DNA of 32,000 bases from Nitrosococcus oceani ATCC 19707 (GTDB taxonomy: Bacteria; Pseudomonadota; Gammaproteobacteria; Nitrosococcales; Nitrosococcaceae), in assembly GCF_000012805.1 (NCBI RefSeq), contig NC_007484.1, positions 150,001 through 182,000 on the forward strand, written 5' to 3'. Below, piece by piece: positions 28,230-32,000 of the stretch; positions within the stretch are counted from its first letter, which is position 1; every line of letters begins with the position of its first letter. Below the pieces are notes generated by a model. The model searched no databases, was not told the origin of the DNA, and worked only from the letters and a program-made list of their open reading frames with translations. The position numbers were made by a program, and so were the translations under genes.

Positions 28230-28503
28230 ATATTATCCGTACTTTGTAGGGATGGCAGAATTTTGACAGTACTGCCATCAAAAGTTTGGCGGTGCCGCCA
28301 CTTAAATTGAAGCCAAATGCTAGCCGTGCCATCCCTGGCAGCGTCGTTTCCCACAATCGTAGCGAAAAACCTAAAGTCAATGCTGTGCCTAATAGCTAAC
28401 TAGTATTAATTGCACCGGTATCGTTTTTTATTGACTTTATGGTAAAGGAAAGCAAATTTGATGCCATTGGGGGGTGTTTATTGGCTTAAAATTGATAGAA
28501 GCA

Positions 28504-28533
28504 ATGCGCAATAATAAAATGCGCAATAATAAG
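28504..28533. repeat. 15-bp direct tandem duplication (ATGCGCAATAATAAA / ATGCGCAATAATAAG)
   Basis: Two adjacent copies, 14/15 identical, in the long intergenic region. Confidence 0.9.
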
Positions 28534-28544
28534 GAGAACCATAA

Positions 28545-28728
28545 GGCAGATCTGACTTCGCAGTACTATCTGGACATCTCTGGAAGGTAGCTAATATCCT
28601 GCGCGAGATCCTATCGAGGCGGCCGGTTTCAAGATCCGCATCTTTCCGCTGCTGCTTTCTACAAGCGCCGGTACGATGTGTACGATAAGGAGCTGACCGG
28701 GGCCCCGGAGGAATCAGCTGGTGACTGA
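28545..28728 (+). pseudogene. Decayed N-terminal fragment of a type I R-M methylase gene (hsdM-like), two frameshifts
   Basis: Three consecutive reading-frame pieces: DFAVLSGHLWKVANILRE (from 28554), DPIEAAGFKIRIFPLLL (from 28607) and FYKRRYDVYDKELTGAPEESAGD* (from 28657). Joined, they resemble the HsdM N-terminal consensus as I recall it (LW..A..LRG.......K..I.P....LKRLSDVF.E). No intact ORF. Weaker similarity may continue to about 28900. Confidence 0.45.
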
Positions 28729-29092
28729 CAATACGCCGAACTGCCTGAGCAGCACCGTTTTCAAATTCTAGCCAGAGTTTCCTGAAGTGGCTTGATGTAG
28801 CAAGGGTTTTCCGGATACAAAATTACGCGGCCTTTTGCTGCTATGCATTGTCTAGTGAGCTGGCCTCTTAGGGGGAAATGGCGGCGCTGACGTGGGCTTG
28901 GCTTAAGTTCCCTCACCCGTACCTTGCCCTTGGACGGCGATCTTGCCGGCTTGGATTACCGCGCTGGCGTGTGGCCTGACCCGCTTCTCTCAAAGCTTTT
29001 TAATTGATAGAGTAAACCTCTCTTCGGAGTGGTTTTGCTTCCGGCGAGGCTTTGGCATTTACTCTATAAAACTAGATAAAGGAAAGTTGATT

Positions 29093-29476
29093 GTGTCGAC
29101 AATACTTTATGAAGCAAATCCCTCTATGTTGCGGATGAATCCATTCATCACGGCATTGTCCATTCTGCTAATTCCTGTTGGAATCGGAATTATTATTCTC
29201 TTATGGATGTATATCAAAACCAAGATGGACAAACTTACCATTAAGACGGACGAAATTGTGTGGATGCATGGTTTGTTGAATAAGTCTTATACGGAGATCA
29301 ATATGAGCTCCGTACGTACAGTCAAAGTTAATCAGTCCGTGTTACAGCGAATGCTGAATGCGGGGGATGTGGCAATCTACACTGCGGGAGACAATCCAGA
29401 GGTGGTTATTCGCGGTCTCCCTGAACCGGATAAAGTTCGCGATTATATTAAAGGTCAGAACGAGGAAAGAGGATAA
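29093..29476 (+). CDS. Membrane-anchored bacterial PH-domain (bPH_2/YdbS-like) protein
   Basis: I place the start at GTG 29093 (AAAGGAAAG upstream). The long track ORF from 28943 has no coding-like N-terminus. TM segment FITALSILLIPVGIGIIILLWMYI, then LTIKTDEIVWMHGLLNKSYTEINMSSVRTVKVNQSVLQRMLNAGDVAI, typical of bPH_2. Confidence 0.65.
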   Translation: MSTILYEANPSMLRMNPFITALSILLIPVGIGIIILLWMYIKTKMDKLTIKTDEIVWMHGLLNKSYTEINMSSVRTVKVNQSVLQRMLNAGDVAIYTAGDNPEVVIRGLPEPDKVRDYIKGQNEERG

Positions 29477-29479
29477 GCC

Positions 29480-29779
29480 ATGGGCACGGGCGTTCGCGGC
29501 GAGCTTAAAGTTTTGGCTATCGTGCTGGTTGTTGCCGCTGGGTTCGTGCTCATTACCTTTGCGGCAGGAGGCCCTTTAATAGCTGCCGTAATGGAGGCGC
29601 TGGAACCGGGGGTTGGACTGAAGGAGGCGGCTAAATGGTCGTTCAGCGTTACTGTCTTATTGTTTGTCGGATTTGCGGTGGCAGCTGGTGATGGCCTCTT
29701 GGGTGAACTCCAGTATATGTTGTTTGGGTTCTTTTCTTTCTTTGGGATCATTACATTACTGATTGCTTGGGTATTTTGA
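29480..29779 (+). CDS. Small membrane protein (3 TM), unknown function
   Basis: 99 aa. ATG lies 3 nt after the PH-domain gene stop, with GAGGAAAGAGGA upstream. Three hydrophobic helices. Confidence 0.5.
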   Translation: MGTGVRGELKVLAIVLVVAAGFVLITFAAGGPLIAAVMEALEPGVGLKEAAKWSFSVTVLLFVGFAVAAGDGLLGELQYMLFGFFSFFGIITLLIAWVF

Positions 29780-30244
29780 TCTTTCCTAACCGTTAAGGAG
29801 AGTTCTCTGGTCTGCCCGCGGCACCGTAAAAATTTGTTTGGGGTTGGCGCTGACGGTTCAAATGCCCGCCGCGATAATTCCTTGGGTAAAAAGGGTATTG
29901 CTTCCTAGCTCTCCGCATAATGCTGCTAGGGGTTTGGCCACGGTTTTTGCCGTCTCCGCGCATCCTTGATGAGATCCCATAAAATGGGGTGGTTCAGGAG
30001 TGTGTCGTATTCTGTATTATGGCTGGTTTGATCAGCGGTAAAGCGAGGAACACCCACCAGGGGTAGCCACATCTCCCAACCTTTCCTTCGGCTATTTCCC
30101 TCGATCACTTTCAAGACACTGACCCACATGGCGACCTATAAAGTACATGAGACCCTATATAGACCAAGGCAAAGAGAAAAACTCTTAGCTTGAATTCCTG
30201 ATCTTTGCCGACGGTAGCAGGCAATGTTTCCGGCTATTAAAGGG

Positions 30245-30263
30245 TCTGTCTGCTGCAGGCAGG
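30245..30263. repeat. Miniature copy C of the REP-like element (TCTGTCTGC-TG-CAGGCAGG)
   Basis: Shares the left arm (8/9) and right arm (8/8) with copy B but lacks the central 13 nt. Intergenic, upstream of the FTR1 gene. Confidence 0.5.
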
Positions 30264-30398
30264 GGGCCGTCGTGTGTCCATACACTCCTTGAATGTTATT
30301 TTAAATTCTTCTCATTTAATTTATCCTTTCGAAAATAGCTCTTCTCTCTAGATAAATTTAATGGGATCATGGAGAAAGTTTAAGTAAGGGTGCGGATA

Positions 30399-32000
30399 AT
30401 GGGCGCGATAATATTCTCTTTAGGAAAATGGTTGGGTGGGTTGGTTTTCCTCATCAGTCTGCTGGGATACAGCGGGGTAGGAAGTGCCGAGGTGGCGGAA
30501 GGTCGGGCGCAGACAGCGTTGCACATGCTGGACTATATTGGGGTGGACTACCCTGAGTTTGTTCAGGGTGGTCAGGCGTTGAATGCGGAAGAGTACCAGG
30601 AGCAACTCGAATTTGCCCGTGAAGTCTTAGGAATTGTTGAGCAATTACCCGTAACGCTTCAAAAAGGCGGCATAGAGGAACAAGCCCATCAGCTTCTGGC
30701 ATTGATTGAAGAAAAAGGTCCTGGGGACAGAGTCGCTATGGTAGCCGATCAGTTACGCTGGGATATCATTCGAGCTTACCAAATTGAGATTGCGCCCCAA
30801 CAAGCGCCTGATTTAAGTGTGGCCGAGGCCCTTTACCAGGCTCAGTGCGCCACCTGCCATGGCGCTGAGGGTTATGGTGATGGTCCAGCCGCTGAAGGAA
30901 TGGAACCGGAACCAACTAATTTTCACGAGCAGGCGCGCCAGGAACAACGCAGTATTTACAGCCTTTTTAGCACCATTACCCTGGGGGTGCCGGGCACGGC
31001 CATGCCTAGCTTTAAGCAGCCATTAAGCGAGCACAAGCGTTGGGCGCTGGCCTTTTATGTGAGCACCCTTATCACTACCGCAGAGGAGCAACAAACGGGG
31101 GCTGCCTTATGGCAGCAAGGAATTGGCAAGGAAGCATTTCCTGATTTACAAGCCCTGGCTAGTCAAACTCCCCAGGAGGTTGGCGCACGGTACGGGGAGG
31201 AATCCCGCCAAGTATTGGCTTATTTGCGCAGCGCGCCTGCTCTGCTGGATTCCGAAAAAGCACCGCTGGATTTGAGCTTGGAAGGTCTTGAGAAAAGTCT
31301 CAACGCTTACCGGGAAGGCCATCATGAACGGGCGCAGCAATTGGCGGTGGAGGCGTATTTGGAAGGTTTTGAACTGGTAGAGACGAGCCTTAATACGGTA
31401 GCTCCCAACCTGCGCTCCCACATCGAACAGGAGATGATGGCTTATCGTGCCCTAATCCGGAAAGGCGCGCCGGTTGAATCTCTGGAATCCCAACAAGGGA
31501 AGCTACAAGGTCTATTGAACCAGGCTCGTGAACAGCTCGATGAAGCTGAACTTTCCACCACCGCGATTGCGTTGAGCTCCCTGACCATTATTTTGCGGGA
31601 AGGGCTGGAGGCGGTTCTAATCGTCGGCGCCATTATTTCCTTTTTGATTCGATCCGGGCGGCGTGATGCCCTGATTTATGTGCATTTGGGCTGGATTCCT
31701 GCCTTGGTGCTGGGGGTAGCCACTTGGTTTGCGGCTACTTATCTTATTTCCATTAGCGGGGCGAGCCGCGAGTTAACCGAAGGAATCGCGGCCTTAATAT
31801 CAGCGGCTATATTGCTTTATGTGGGTTTTTGGCTCCATAGCAAAGCCTATGCTAAAGGCTGGCGAGCATTTCTTGCCAAGCAGGTGAGAGGAGCCTTGAA
31901 TAAGCGAACCTTGGGAGCACTGGCTTTGTTATCCTTCCTTGCGGTCTATCGGGAAGTATTCGAGACAGTGTTATTTTATCAGGCTTTGTGGACGCAAGCG
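30399..32000 (+). CDS. Cytochrome c / FTR1-family iron permease fusion (3' end beyond window)
   Basis: An open frame from ATG 30399 runs to the window edge (534 codons), which is why it is absent from the ORF track. Signal-like N-terminus, heme motif CATCH at 30846-30860 with downstream Met (GTAMPSF). FTR1 RExxE motifs REGLE at 31596-31610 and REVFE at 31950-31964, inside TM helices. Confidence 0.85.
   Translation, partial: MGAIIFSLGKWLGGLVFLISLLGYSGVGSAEVAEGRAQTALHMLDYIGVDYPEFVQGGQALNAEEYQEQLEFAREVLGIVEQLPVTLQKGGIEEQAHQLLALIEEKGPGDRVAMVADQLRWDIIRAYQIEIAPQQAPDLSVAEALYQAQCATCHGAEGYGDGPAAEGMEPEPTNFHEQARQEQRSIYSLFSTITLGVPGTAMPSFKQPLSEHKRWALAFYVSTLITTAEEQQTGAALWQQGIGKEAFPDLQALASQTPQEVGARYGEESRQVLAYLRSAPALLDSEKAPLDLSLEGLEKSLNAYREGHHERAQQLAVEAYLEGFELVETSLNTVAPNLRSHIEQEMMAYRALIRKGAPVESLESQQGKLQGLLNQAREQLDEAELSTTAIALSSLTIILREGLEAVLIVGAIISFLIRSGRRDALIYVHLGWIPALVLGVATWFAATYLISISGASRELTEGIAALISAAILLYVGFWLHSKAYAKGWRAFLAKQVRGALNKRTLGALALLSFLAVYREVFETVLFYQALWTQA

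Noticed and set aside
29926-30129. 67-aa minus-strand ORF (MWVSVLKVIEGNSRRKGWEMWLPLVGVPRF...) in the gap between the small membrane gene and the FTR1 gene
   Set aside because: It has no Shine-Dalgarno sequence upstream, no motif I recognise and no partner gene. It could be a real orphan or a gene remnant, but I cannot support it from sequence alone.
30395-30412. Fur box at the FTR1 start
   Set aside because: Only two GATAAT hexamers are present, and the best 19-mer nearby matches about half of the GATAATGATAATCATTATC consensus. It is kept only as a weak hypothesis inside the FTR1 finding and not called as a feature.
1-32000. CRISPR arrays, rRNA genes, IS elements/transposases, prophage genes, toxin-antitoxin pairs, retron-like RT
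   Set aside because: I scanned for regularly spaced direct repeats, terminal inverted repeats flanking transposase-like ORFs, and small adjacent ORF pairs. None were found, and the only tandem repeats are the 15-bp duplication at 28504-28533 and the tolA coding repeat.

Overview
This window looks like a gammaproteobacterial chromosome segment. My guess, from protein flavour only and unverified, is a Nitrosococcus/Chromatiales-like organism. Positions 92-9898 hold the conserved housekeeping block yebC-ruvC-ruvA-ruvB-ybgC-tolQ-tolR-tolA-tolB-pal-ybgF(cpoB)-queE-queC. The genes are tightly packed, with several ATGA/TAATG start-stop overlaps, and the block ends at a tRNA-Lys(UUU) gene (9954-10029). 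Everything downstream looks accessory:
- a czcCBA-like heavy-metal RND efflux operon (10371-16208) whose OMP/MFP junction holds a 299-bp palindrome-rich insert;
- a visibly AT-rich islet (about 16.2-17.95 kb) with a SAM methyltransferase and a small membrane protein;
- a BaiN/HI0933-type flavoprotein, hemolysin III, a secreted spondin_N+CHRD protein and a CPA1 Na+/H+ antiporter;
- a minus-strand pair: an exported AstE/AspA-family zinc hydrolase followed by a 1035-aa HsdR-family ORF;
- about 860 bp of non-coding DNA containing what reads as a frameshifted hsdM N-terminal fossil;
- a PH-domain membrane protein plus a small membrane protein;
- a 3'-truncated cytochrome c/FTR1 iron permease.
I saw no CRISPR array, rRNA, transposase or integrase.
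The most unusual item is the HsdR-like ORF. It is full length and uninterrupted, yet every nuclease and helicase catalytic motif I can place by eye is substituted. It sits beside a decayed hsdM fragment and is apparently co-transcribed with an intact hydrolase gene. I read this as a possibly exapted, catalytically dead type I R-subunit. That is a hypothesis, not a demonstrated system. All homology calls come from motif recognition by eye, and no searches were run.
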